This document shows positions 27,190-35,447 of a stretch of 64,000 nucleotides of DNA, piece by piece (positions within the stretch are counted from its first letter, which is position 1; every line of letters starts with the position of its first letter). The DNA is from Calditrichota bacterium (GTDB taxonomy: Bacteria; Electryoneota; AABM5-125-24; Hatepunaeales; Hatepunaeaceae). The translations under genes were made by a program, and so were the position numbers. Below the pieces are notes generated by a model. That model was not told where the DNA came from. It searched no databases and saw only the letters and a list, made by a program, of their open reading frames with translations. The stretch covers positions 10,094-74,093 of the forward strand of contig VGIQ01000001.1 in the NCBI GenBank assembly GCA_016867835.1, given 5' to 3'.

Positions 27190-27252
27190 GGCAAGTATTA
27201 AGTATCAAGTGCCAAGTATCAAGTATCAAGTGCCAAGTATCAAGTATCAAGT
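27190..27252. repeat. short tandem repeat (CAAGTATCAAGTG)n
   Basis: gtatcaagtgccaagtatcaagtatcaagtgccaagtatcaagtatcaagtgtcaagtg. The same motif occurs at 29735-29770 and 61823-61852. Confidence 0.7.
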
Positions 27253-27257
27253 GTCAA

Positions 27258-29732
27258 GTGGGCCGGATAACCATTGTTGTTGATGGGCGGGAGGTCGAGG
27301 TTCAGACGGGCGGCCGCCTGAGACTCGAACTGATCGCGTCCGGCATCTACTTGCCCGGACTGTGCGATCATCCCGACCTTGATCCATTTCGGCCCTTCCA
27401 ATGGTCTGAATCGGTCTGGCGGGGAAATGCAGAATACGGAATGAGGAATGAGGAAGGCGGACTTGATGATGGAACACTGCATTCCAGCCACCTCAATCCG
27501 CACTGCGACCTCTGTCTGGTCTCCATTGAGGGCGTCGGGCTGGTGCGGTCGTGCGATGCGATCGTCCGCGAGGGAATACGCGTCCGGACTAATGGCGACG
27601 ATATCACCCGGGCGCGTCGAGACGCTTTGAAGGCGATCCTCGCCCGTCATCCCCACGCCTGCCTTACCTGCGCCCAACGGCACGGCTGCGACCGACTCAG
27701 TTGCAGCATGAACGTTCCGGTCCTCGAACGCTGCTGTGAATTGCTGGGCCGCTGCGAGATCGGCCGGGTCTCGGAGTGGGTAGGCATCCCTCCTGATACG
27801 CCTCCCTATCGCAATGAAGGTCGTCCTGCCGTAATCGATGAACCGCTCTACCTGCGCGACTACGAACTTTGCATTAGTTGCACCCGCTGCGTCCGCATAT
27901 GCCGCGACGTCCGCGGCGTCGATGCGCTCGGCGCGTCGATCGTCAAATCGGGTGTTGTCGTCGGGACGAACGAACCGACACTTGCCGACTCGGACTGCCG
28001 CTTCTGCGGCGCCTGTGTCGAAGTTTGCCCCACCGGCGCCTTGCGCGACAAGCCCGGGATAGCGCCTCTGATAGAAGGGCAGGCGCCTTGCGTGGAATCG
28101 TGCCCGCTCGGTATCGACATCCCCGGCTACCTCGCTGAAATCGCGGCTGGTCGTCCTTTGAATGCGTTAGAGATCATTCGCGACCGCGCTGCGCTGCCGG
28201 GCGTGCTCGGCTACGCCTGCTTTCATCCCTGTGAAGCGAACTGCCGCCGGACGGCGCTCGGCGAGCCAGCCTCGATCTGCCTCCTGAAGCGGTTCGCCAG
28301 CGACGTTGCAAGCGAATGTGAAGTCCACGCGCCTAAAGTGCCTCCGTCCGGTCGCCGGGTGGCCATCGTCGGCTCCGGGCCGGCCGGTCTGGCCGCTGCC
28401 TATGACCTCTTGCGGATGGGCCATGCGGTCACGGTCTTCGACCGCAATGCCCGCCCCGGAGGGATGCTCCGTGAAGCGATTCCCAACTTCCGTCTGCCCG
28501 ATGCGGTCATCGACCGCGATCTGAAATATCTCAAAGACCTGGGAATGGGTTACCACCCCGGCGGGGAGTTGGGACGCGATTTCACTCCTGAAGACCTGCA
28601 CGATTTGAATTTCGACGCTCTGTTAGTGGCAATAGGGCTGAGTCAGACTGCCCGGCTCGGTGTGCCCGGCGAAGAGCATCCTGCAGTAATTAGAGGGCTT
28701 GACTTTCTAAGGTCCATTTCAAGCGGGAATCCCCCCGAACTGGAGGGTGATGTCATTGTGGTGGGCGGAGGCGCGGTGGCGGTCGACTGTGCGATGAGCG
28801 CGCTCCGGGTTGGCGCGTCGAATGTCCGCATGGTCTGCCTTGAAAGCCGTGAAGAGATTCCGGCGCATCCCGACGAACTCCGTCTGGCGCAGGACGAGGG
28901 GATCGCCATCGATTACGGCTGGGGCGTCGAGTCATTCAACGTCCGGGACGACGAATTGACCGGTATCCGACTGAAGAAGTGCACCCGCGTCTTCGACCCC
29001 GCCGGTCGGTTCAGCCCGCTCTATGATACTACGACCACGAAAGACCTCCCCGTCCGGAGTGTGATCGTCGCCATCGGGCAACGGCTTGGGATAGACCGCC
29101 GGTTTCTGACCGGTAAGGGATTGTTCACTTGCGGGGATATGGTTACCGGACCGACGACCATCGTCGAAGCGATGGCGGATGGACGTCGCGCCGCACGAGA
29201 GGTTGACCGGTTTCTGGGCGGCAAGGGCGAAGTGTCGAAGAGTATTGCCAGGTCAGCCGGGGGCAGCCTTGGTCGCATCGGCGGCTTTGCAAGCCTTGAC
29301 CGCTCACACCCTCTGGAACAGCCTGTTTCGGAGCGCACCACCAACTTCGACCCGATCCAGGTCGGCTTCGACGATAGTGCAGCCCGCCTGGAAGCAAGCC
29401 GCTGCCTGCAGTGCCATTTGCGCGCCAGGATCAGTCCCTCACCTTTGCCTCCGGATGAATGGCGCCGGTTCAAACCCGAAATGGTTGACGACGTGCCGGC
29501 ACTCGAGGGCGTCCTGATTCTTGCCGATGCCGACCGCAAGACGATTCGTATTAGCGGCGCCTCGGACCTGAGAACCCTCTTCCGTGAAGCCCACCACGAA
29601 AATCCCGATGCCGTATGGTGCCGGTGGGAGATAGATCCGCTCTATACCAAACGGGAGTCGGAACTCCTCGCGGCGCATCTGGCTGCGCACGGCGCGATGC
29701 CGGTGTCGGGGGAATTGGATGATCTCTTCTGA
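27258..29732 (+). CDS. multidomain iron-sulfur flavoprotein: NuoG/HoxU-like 2Fe-2S N-terminus + 2x[4Fe-4S] ferredoxin + GltD/NfnB-like FAD/NAD(P)H oxidoreductase (candidate ferredoxin:NAD(P)H oxidoreductase)
   Basis: GTG start. N-terminal GRITIVVDGREVEV ... CDHPDL. 4Fe-4S motifs CISCTRCVRICRD and CRFCGACVEVCPTG. Dinucleotide folds RVAIVGSGPAGLAAAYDL and VIVVGGGAVAVDCAMSA. 824 aa. Confidence 0.65.
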   Translation: MGRITIVVDGREVEVQTGGRLRLELIASGIYLPGLCDHPDLDPFRPFQWSESVWRGNAEYGMRNEEGGLDDGTLHSSHLNPHCDLCLVSIEGVGLVRSCDAIVREGIRVRTNGDDITRARRDALKAILARHPHACLTCAQRHGCDRLSCSMNVPVLERCCELLGRCEIGRVSEWVGIPPDTPPYRNEGRPAVIDEPLYLRDYELCISCTRCVRICRDVRGVDALGASIVKSGVVVGTNEPTLADSDCRFCGACVEVCPTGALRDKPGIAPLIEGQAPCVESCPLGIDIPGYLAEIAAGRPLNALEIIRDRAALPGVLGYACFHPCEANCRRTALGEPASICLLKRFASDVASECEVHAPKVPPSGRRVAIVGSGPAGLAAAYDLLRMGHAVTVFDRNARPGGMLREAIPNFRLPDAVIDRDLKYLKDLGMGYHPGGELGRDFTPEDLHDLNFDALLVAIGLSQTARLGVPGEEHPAVIRGLDFLRSISSGNPPELEGDVIVVGGGAVAVDCAMSALRVGASNVRMVCLESREEIPAHPDELRLAQDEGIAIDYGWGVESFNVRDDELTGIRLKKCTRVFDPAGRFSPLYDTTTTKDLPVRSVIVAIGQRLGIDRRFLTGKGLFTCGDMVTGPTTIVEAMADGRRAAREVDRFLGGKGEVSKSIARSAGGSLGRIGGFASLDRSHPLEQPVSERTTNFDPIQVGFDDSAARLEASRCLQCHLRARISPSPLPPDEWRRFKPEMVDDVPALEGVLILADADRKTIRISGASDLRTLFREAHHENPDAVWCRWEIDPLYTKRESELLAAHLAAHGAMPVSGELDDLF

Positions 29733-29780
29733 GACTCCAAGTATCAAGTATCAAGTGTCAAGTATCAAGAGCAGAGAGCA

Positions 29781-30272
29781 ATGAAACGTAAAGCGCCGCT
29801 TCCGCCCGGCCTCATTATTCGCAATCTGCGTCGGGAAGACAAGGTTCGCCTGATAGAACTCGACGCCCAATTGACCGGCCTCCGGCGCGACCTCTATTAC
29901 GACCGTAAGTTTCGCCGCTTCTTCGGGGAAGACGCGCCTATCCTGCTCGGCCTTGTGGCTGAAGCCGCAGGCCGGCTTGTCGGGTATATTCTGGGCGAAG
30001 TCAATACCGGCGAATATGGCATAATGCAGCCGGTCGCGTCGGTCGATACGATCGGCGTCGATCCGCAATATAAGCGGACCGGCGTCGGGCGGACGCTGCT
30101 CGAAGAATACTGCGCCGTCGCGGCCAAAGCCGGCGTCGAGACGATGACGACGCTCGTCTCTGAAGACTGGCCCGAAGTGATCTCCTTCTTTAAGGAGCGC
30201 GGCTTCCATCCGGCGAAACTGGTTGCGTTCGAGCGGGAACTCCCGCGTGAGGGGCTCTTTGGCCGCGGATAA
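29781..30272 (+). CDS. GNAT-family N-acetyltransferase
   Basis: IGVDPQYKRTGVGRTLLEEY is the acetyl-CoA-binding motif A. 163 aa. Confidence 0.75.
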   Translation: MKRKAPLPPGLIIRNLRREDKVRLIELDAQLTGLRRDLYYDRKFRRFFGEDAPILLGLVAEAAGRLVGYILGEVNTGEYGIMQPVASVDTIGVDPQYKRTGVGRTLLEEYCAVAAKAGVETMTTLVSEDWPEVISFFKERGFHPAKLVAFERELPREGLFGRG

Positions 30273-30354
30273 CCTGCAACCGCCCCGGGCAGCGCTGCTC
30301 GACGGCTGGGAGCCGAGGTTCATCGGCAGCGAACCGCGACTCAGCGAGGTCGCC

Positions 30355-30483
30355 GGAATGTATCGCGAAATCGGCTTCGAGGTGATGATCGTCCCTTTCG
30401 ACCCGGTAGAGTGCGAAGGCTGCTGCAAGGAGTGCTTCAGCGAAGGCGAGTCGGGGGCGATGGTAGTCTATACGAAGAAGTGA
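30355..30483 (+). CDS. small Cys-rich ORF (42 aa; CEGCCKEC) of unknown function
   Basis: MYREIGFEVMIVPFDPVECEGCCKECFSEGESGAMVVYTKK. A longer ORF from 30223 overlaps the GNAT gene in another frame. Weak call. Confidence 0.2.
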   Translation, partial: GMYREIGFEVMIVPFDPVECEGCCKECFSEGESGAMVVYTKK

Positions 30484-30590
30484 GCGAGTAAGTGAGTAAG
30501 CGAGTAAGCGAGACATTTTCGCCTATGCTCCCACAAACTCGGCTGCCCGCACACTCGTTCACTCGTCTACTCGCTCACTCGCACACTTTC
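30481..30590. repeat. inverted pair of (GAGTAAGC)n short tandem repeats flanking a 36-bp spacer
   Basis: gagtaagtgagtaagcgagtaagcgag ... cactcgttcactcgtctactcgctcactcgc. Confidence 0.6.
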
Positions 30591-30613
30591 CATATTATTA
30601 AGAGTAAGGACTT

Positions 30614-31648
30614 ATGAAGGCAGCAATTTTTTATGGGCCGCATCAACCTCTGCGCATCGAAGACGTCCCGATGCCGGTCGCCGGCCCGGGTGAGTTGTTG
30701 GTCAAAGTTGCCGCTTGCGGGCTTTGCCACACCGACCTACACTACCTCGACCACGGCGTCCCGACGTTCAAGACGCCGCCTCTGATCCTGGGTCACGAAG
30801 CATCCGGGACCGTCGCCGCATTGGGCACTGGCGTCAAGGGTTGGAACGAAGGCGACCGGCTCCTCCTGCCCGCCGTGTTAACCTGCGGCGTATGCCGGAA
30901 CTGCCGGGAGGGGCGCGAAAACATCTGCGACGATATGCGGATGTTCGGCAACCACCTCGACGGCGCCTTTGCTGAGTACGTGGTTGCGCCAGCTAAGGAC
31001 GCGCTCCATCTGCCCGACGCGGTGCCGCTGATCGAGGGGTCGATTATCGCCGACGCAGTTTCGACGCCATTCCACGCGGTGGTGAATCGTGGCGCCGTGA
31101 AACCAGGCGACCGGGTAGCGGTCTTCGGCTGTGGCGGGGTAGGAATCAACTGCGTGCAAATCGCTGCCGCGCAAGGAGCGGTCGTGGTAGCGGTCGATAT
31201 CGCGCCGGAGAAACTGGAACTGGCGCGGCAGTTCGGCGCGGCGCACACCATTGATGCTTCGACAGTCGAGGGCGGGCGCTTCGACAAAGCCATGCGGAAA
31301 CTTCTCGGCGACGGCGTCGATGTGGCGTTCGAGGCCATCGGCAAGCCGGAGACGATCCAGGCGGCGTTCTCGACCCTGCGCAAGGGCGGACGCTGCATCC
31401 TGATCGGTTACACCAATCAAACGGTCGAACTGCCTGCAGCGAAGATCATGTTCTTCGAGCAGGGCATCACCGGATCGCTCGGCTGCCGGCCGGTCGATTA
31501 TCCCCGCATCATCGACATGGCAGCAACGGGGCGAATCAAGGTGAAGGAACTGGTAACCGGTCGCTATCCGCTAGAACAGATCAATGAGGCGTTCGAAGAA
31601 CTGCGCCGCGGCGCGCCGCAGGTGATCCGGCTGGTGGCGGTTCCTTAG
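30614..31648 (+). CDS. Zn-dependent alcohol dehydrogenase (MDR family; candidate hydroxyacyl-CoA dehydrogenase)
   Basis: CGLCHTDLH is the catalytic Zn motif. The structural Zn Cys cluster (CGVCRNCREGRENIC) and GCGGVGIN cofactor fold are present. 344 aa. Confidence 0.85.
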   Translation: MKAAIFYGPHQPLRIEDVPMPVAGPGELLVKVAACGLCHTDLHYLDHGVPTFKTPPLILGHEASGTVAALGTGVKGWNEGDRLLLPAVLTCGVCRNCREGRENICDDMRMFGNHLDGAFAEYVVAPAKDALHLPDAVPLIEGSIIADAVSTPFHAVVNRGAVKPGDRVAVFGCGGVGINCVQIAAAQGAVVVAVDIAPEKLELARQFGAAHTIDASTVEGGRFDKAMRKLLGDGVDVAFEAIGKPETIQAAFSTLRKGGRCILIGYTNQTVELPAAKIMFFEQGITGSLGCRPVDYPRIIDMAATGRIKVKELVTGRYPLEQINEAFEELRRGAPQVIRLVAVP

Positions 31649-31664
31649 CGAGCGGAATAGAACC

Positions 31665-32165
31665 GTGTCCGACCAGCGACTCTCCGCCATTATGTTCACC
31701 GACATCGTCGACTACACAAGCAAGATTCGCATCGATGAAGCAAAAATGCTGCGCCTGCTGGAGGTGCACAACCGGATGCTGCGCGAGATTTTCGACCGGC
31801 ACGAAGGCGAGGTCGTCAAGGGCACCGGGGACGGCTTTCTGGCGCGCTTCAACAGCGCGACCAGCGCGGTTCTGGCGGCATTGGAGATCCAGAAGGACCT
31901 GACTGAATACAATCGGGGGAAGCCGGACCACGACCAGATTGAGGTGCGCATCGGCGTTCATCTGGGGGACATCGTCATTCGGGAGGGCGATGTTTTCGGC
32001 GACGGCGTCAACGTGGCGGCGCGGGTGCGGCCCCTCGCGGTGCCGGGCGGCATCTGCATCACTCGCGCCATCTACGATGTGGTGCACAAGAATATGGGGC
32101 AGGAAGTTTATCCGTTTGGTAAGAAACGTCTAAAAGGACTTGATATTACTGGGGGCAGTTTATAG
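31665..32165 (+). CDS. stand-alone class III adenylate/guanylate cyclase catalytic domain protein
   Basis: AIMFTDIVDYTS ... KGTGDGFLARF ... RIGVHLGDIV matches the cyclase homology domain. 166 aa, GTG start, no sensor domain. Confidence 0.7.
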   Translation: MSDQRLSAIMFTDIVDYTSKIRIDEAKMLRLLEVHNRMLREIFDRHEGEVVKGTGDGFLARFNSATSAVLAALEIQKDLTEYNRGKPDHDQIEVRIGVHLGDIVIREGDVFGDGVNVAARVRPLAVPGGICITRAIYDVVHKNMGQEVYPFGKKRLKGLDITGGSL

Positions 32166-32285
32166 TTGCCCTTTCCGAGAGTGGGTGTTCGCGTAGGGTC
32201 GGATTCCAATCCGACCATCTCTTGGGCGATTTGGAAATCGCCGCCGTTAATATTACCTGGTGCAATATATTGTGTCAAGAAGGGC

Positions 32286-32392
32286 GCTTGTCATGCTGAA
32301 CGCAGTGAAGCATCACGACCTAAGATGGACATTCCAGACGAGATCCTTCACTTCGTTCAGGATGACACTAATCGATGCACCCCTTAATGTTA
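32286..32392 (+). repeat. ~105-bp MITE-like dispersed repeat with internal ~25-bp terminal inverted repeats, copy A
   Basis: gtcatgctgaacgcagtgaagcatc ... gatccttcacttcgttcaggatgac. It is the near-exact reverse complement of 51722-51828. Confidence 0.75.
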
Positions 32393-32419
32393 ATGGGTGC
32401 AGATAATTGTGGTATTCTC

Positions 32420-32476
32420 CAGTAGGGCAGGCATTCCTGCCTGCCCTTTGGACGGACAAGAATGTCCGTCCTACTG
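32420..32476. repeat. composite REP-like element (GGGCAGGCATTCCTGCCTGCCC + GGACGGACAAGAATGTCCGTCC)
   Basis: Same hairpin family as 12982-13050. Confidence 0.7.
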
Positions 32477-32555
32477 ATGCTACTATTTGATGCCCCGATT
32501 AATAATAGGATTTTCCTCTCACCCAATCCTTATTAATAACTGCAGAAAAGCGTTG

Positions 32556-32640
32556 CCTTGGCAGGGGGCGGACATTCTTATCCGCCCCCTGCCAAGACGA
32601 GCTTCCAATTCAGGGCGGACAGGAATGTCTGCCCTCCAAG
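32556..32640. repeat. composite REP-like element (long hairpin CTTGGCAGGGGGCGGACATTCTTATCCGCCCCCTGCCAAG + GGGCGGACAGGAATGTCTGCCC)
   Basis: 16-bp perfect stem. Same family. Confidence 0.7.
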
Positions 32641-32750
32641 AACAACAATATGCACTCATTAATAAAGAGCGGATTCGGACCACACAGTGCTTTCCATTAG
32701 CCTTGTATTGAGCCAAGTGAGTAGTTTCGCTCGAACAGCCTTAATATCCC

Positions 32751-33926
32751 TTGCATAAAGTCCTCACCGGCAATTCCGCCGTCAGTCATGCCGTTCGGCT
32801 GGCGCGAGCCGAGGTGATCGCCGCCTATCCGATAACGCCGCAAACGTCCATCGTCGAAGAACTCGCCGAGATGTGTGCCGACGGCCGGTGCAGCGCGCGA
32901 TTCATCCACAGCGAATCGGAGCACTCCTCGATGTCGGCTTGCATCGGAGCGTCGGCGGCCGGTGCGCGGGCCTTTACAGCGACCTCGAGCCAGGGGCTTG
33001 CCTATATGCACGAGATGCTCCACTGGGCAGCCGGCGGCCGGCATCCGGTAGTGATGGCAGAAGTGAACCGCAGTCTTGCGCCGCCCTGGACGATCTATAC
33101 CGACCAGCAGGACAGTCTCTCGCAGCGCGACACCGGCTGGCTGCAGTTCTATTGCCGGGACAATCAGGAGGTGCTCGACAGCACTCTGCTCGCGTTCAAG
33201 GTCGCCGAGCGCGTCTCATTGCCGGCGATGGTGGTACTCGATGCGTTCGTCCTGTCGCACACCGTCGAACCGGTCGATATTCCCGATCAATCTCTGGTCG
33301 ATCGGTTCCTGCCCCGGCGGGAGGCGGCTTACCGGATCGATCCCGACCACCCGGCAGCCTTCGGTGGGATGAAGGGTGTTCAAGCCTGGATGGAGACGCG
33401 GGTAGAACTCGAACAGGTGATGGAAGCGACTCCAGATCTCATCGCCGAGGAAGCGGCGCTCTGGAAGTCCCTCACCGGACGATGCCTGAATGCCCTTCAA
33501 GCCTACCGGATGGAGGACGCCGAGGTGGCACTGCTGGCCGCTGGAACAGCCGCCATCACTATGACCCTCGCCGTCGATCACCTGCGGGAGGCAGGCATAA
33601 GGGCTGGAGCCCTCGGACTATGGCTCTTTAGACCCTTTCCCGTCGCCGATCTACGTCGGCGGTGCGAACGTCTCGAGCATCTCGTCGTCTTCGACCGGTC
33701 GTGCTCGTATGGGCATGGCGGCATCTTCGCAGCCGAATGCCGGTCAGCGCTTTATGACCTCCCGCAACGGCCCCGGGTGATCGGTCTGGCCGGTGGACTG
33801 GGCGGCCGGGAGATAGATCCGAAGACGCTTGCAGAGGAAACGGCGCGCAGGGTAGAAAGCAGAGGGCAGAAGTCAGGAAATGCGCTATTGGAGTGGTTCG
33901 GAGTGAGGGGAAGGGGGGGGCAGTGA
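32751..33926 (+). CDS. 2-oxoacid:ferredoxin oxidoreductase alpha subunit (PorA/VorA/KorA-like)
   Basis: AVSHAVRLARAEVIAAYPITPQTSIVEEL is the N-terminal domain signature of OFOR alpha subunits. TTG start, 391 aa. Confidence 0.65.
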   Translation: MHKVLTGNSAVSHAVRLARAEVIAAYPITPQTSIVEELAEMCADGRCSARFIHSESEHSSMSACIGASAAGARAFTATSSQGLAYMHEMLHWAAGGRHPVVMAEVNRSLAPPWTIYTDQQDSLSQRDTGWLQFYCRDNQEVLDSTLLAFKVAERVSLPAMVVLDAFVLSHTVEPVDIPDQSLVDRFLPRREAAYRIDPDHPAAFGGMKGVQAWMETRVELEQVMEATPDLIAEEAALWKSLTGRCLNALQAYRMEDAEVALLAAGTAAITMTLAVDHLREAGIRAGALGLWLFRPFPVADLRRRCERLEHLVVFDRSCSYGHGGIFAAECRSALYDLPQRPRVIGLAGGLGGREIDPKTLAEETARRVESRGQKSGNALLEWFGVRGRGGQ

Positions 33927-33931
33927 AGGTG

Positions 33932-34819
33932 ATGCCACAGTCGGCGGCGGGTTTTGCCAATACGGATGTCCTCTGCAGCGGGCATTTGGCCTGCCCCGGC
34001 TGTGGTGGAATACTCGCACTCCGGATGGCAGTCCGGGTGCTTGCGCCGGACTGCGTCTTTGTGATTCCCGCCTGCTGTATGGCAGTAGTTGACGGGCCCT
34101 GGCCGATTTCGGCGCTCGGCGCGGCGCTCTACCATACCGCCTTTGCGGCAACGGCCTCGACCGCAGCCGGGCTTTTGAACGGCCTGCGCTCCCAGGGACG
34201 GAGTGAGACCGTCGTTGTCGGCTGGGCCGGTGATGGGGGGACGTTTGACATCGGCCTGGCGGCAGTCTCAGCTTCGGCGTCGCGCAACGACGATATGCTC
34301 TATGTCTGCTATGACAACGAAGCCTATATGAACACCGGCATCCAACAATCGTCGGCGACGCCCTACGGCGCCTGGACGACAACGACGCCCGCCGGTTCGC
34401 CCAAGAACCGGCCCAAGAAGGACGCCCTGACTCTGATGTTGGCGCACGACATACCCTACATTGCCTCCGCGAATCCGGCCTATCCCGAAGACTTCGAGCG
34501 GAAGTTCCGGACTGCCAAAGGAATGCACGGCTTTCGGTTTATCCATGTCTTTTCCGCCTGTCCGCCGGGGCATAAGTCGGTCGAAGCCGATTCGATCGTC
34601 ATCAGCCGCCTTGCGACCGAAACCGGCATCTTCCCTCTATACGAGGTAGCAAACGGGCAGGGACGATTGACCCTCGACCCTCCGCGCCGGCCGGTTGGAG
34701 ACTACCTCGCTCTCCAGCGCCGGTTCGCCCATTTCAAAGAGGAAGACATCGTCCGCGCACAGGAGGACGTCGAACGGGGACATCAGCGGCTGCTGAAACT
34801 GCTCGCGCTGCAGGAGTGA
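33932..34819 (+). CDS. 2-oxoacid:ferredoxin oxidoreductase beta subunit (TPP-binding)
   Basis: GHLACPGCGG and the TPP region GDGGTFDIG. Start chosen at ATG 33932 (MPQSAAG) after a GA-rich SD. The ORF frame opens at 33893. Confidence 0.75.
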   Translation: MPQSAAGFANTDVLCSGHLACPGCGGILALRMAVRVLAPDCVFVIPACCMAVVDGPWPISALGAALYHTAFAATASTAAGLLNGLRSQGRSETVVVGWAGDGGTFDIGLAAVSASASRNDDMLYVCYDNEAYMNTGIQQSSATPYGAWTTTTPAGSPKNRPKKDALTLMLAHDIPYIASANPAYPEDFERKFRTAKGMHGFRFIHVFSACPPGHKSVEADSIVISRLATETGIFPLYEVANGQGRLTLDPPRRPVGDYLALQRRFAHFKEEDIVRAQEDVERGHQRLLKLLALQE

Positions 34820-34853
34820 CGACAATCGCCCGCCGAACTGAAAGCGTCGCGAG

Positions 34854-35447
34854 ATGACGCAACATCCAGCCTCTATCATGGCCGGTGGGAACTCGTTACG
34901 TATGGGCTTCCCGAAGGCAATGCTCACCAAAGAGCGCGAGCCGGTGCTCCGGCTGATGGCGGAGGCTCTGAAACGGTGCGGCTGGACGTTGTCGTCGGTT
35001 GTGGTCGCCACCGAAGACCTTGCCGAATGGGTGCACTGGACGCTCGACCGGCCTCTGGTCATCGTCAACGACCGGCCCGAGCGCGGCCCGATCAGTTCCT
35101 TACGGCTGGCTCTGAACTCCCTGCCGGCGGGAGCGCCCGGTTTGCTTATCTGGCCGGTCGATCACCCCGTCATCAAGGACGGGACATTGCTGAGCATTCA
35201 GCGCGCCGCCAATGCCGTCAACGCCGTCGTGCCGCTCTTCGCAGGTCGTCGCGGTCATCCGGTCTGGTGGGGACGGCAGACCTTTCGGCATCTGAAGAGC
35301 CGGATTGCCAATGGCGGCGCCCGCAAGGTGCTCTATCTGCCGGCAGTCAACGTCTGCGAGGTCGAGGTTGACGATCCGGGAGTTCTGGTCAACATCGACA
35401 CTTCGGAGGATGCGGAAAGGTATGGTCTTCAAGGGGCGAGCGAGTGA
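34854..35447 (+). CDS. MobA/MocA-like molybdenum cofactor nucleotidyltransferase
   Basis: IMAGGNSLRMGFPKAML matches the LAGGxSxRMG signature. 197 aa. Confidence 0.6.
   Translation: MTQHPASIMAGGNSLRMGFPKAMLTKEREPVLRLMAEALKRCGWTLSSVVVATEDLAEWVHWTLDRPLVIVNDRPERGPISSLRLALNSLPAGAPGLLIWPVDHPVIKDGTLLSIQRAANAVNAVVPLFAGRRGHPVWWGRQTFRHLKSRIANGGARKVLYLPAVNVCEVEVDDPGVLVNIDTSEDAERYGLQGASE

Noticed and set aside
32190-32216. tRNA-like hairpin GGGTCGGATTCCAATCCGACC
   Set aside because: It resembles a T-arm only superficially (no GTTCRANYC loop). No acceptor/anticodon arms could be assembled around it. I could assemble no convincing tRNA, rRNA or CRISPR array anywhere in the window.
32166-32387. 73-aa ORF (…CHAERSEASRPKMDIPDEILHFVQDDT)
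   Set aside because: It is the translation of the MITE-like repeat copy A. The same repeat in inverted orientation yields a different peptide at 51722-51828.
33893-33931. ORF-track start of the OFOR beta subunit at 33893
   Set aside because: The preferred start is ATG 33932, which follows an SD-like GA-rich stretch and removes a 13-codon overlap with the alpha subunit. The upstream extension has no support.
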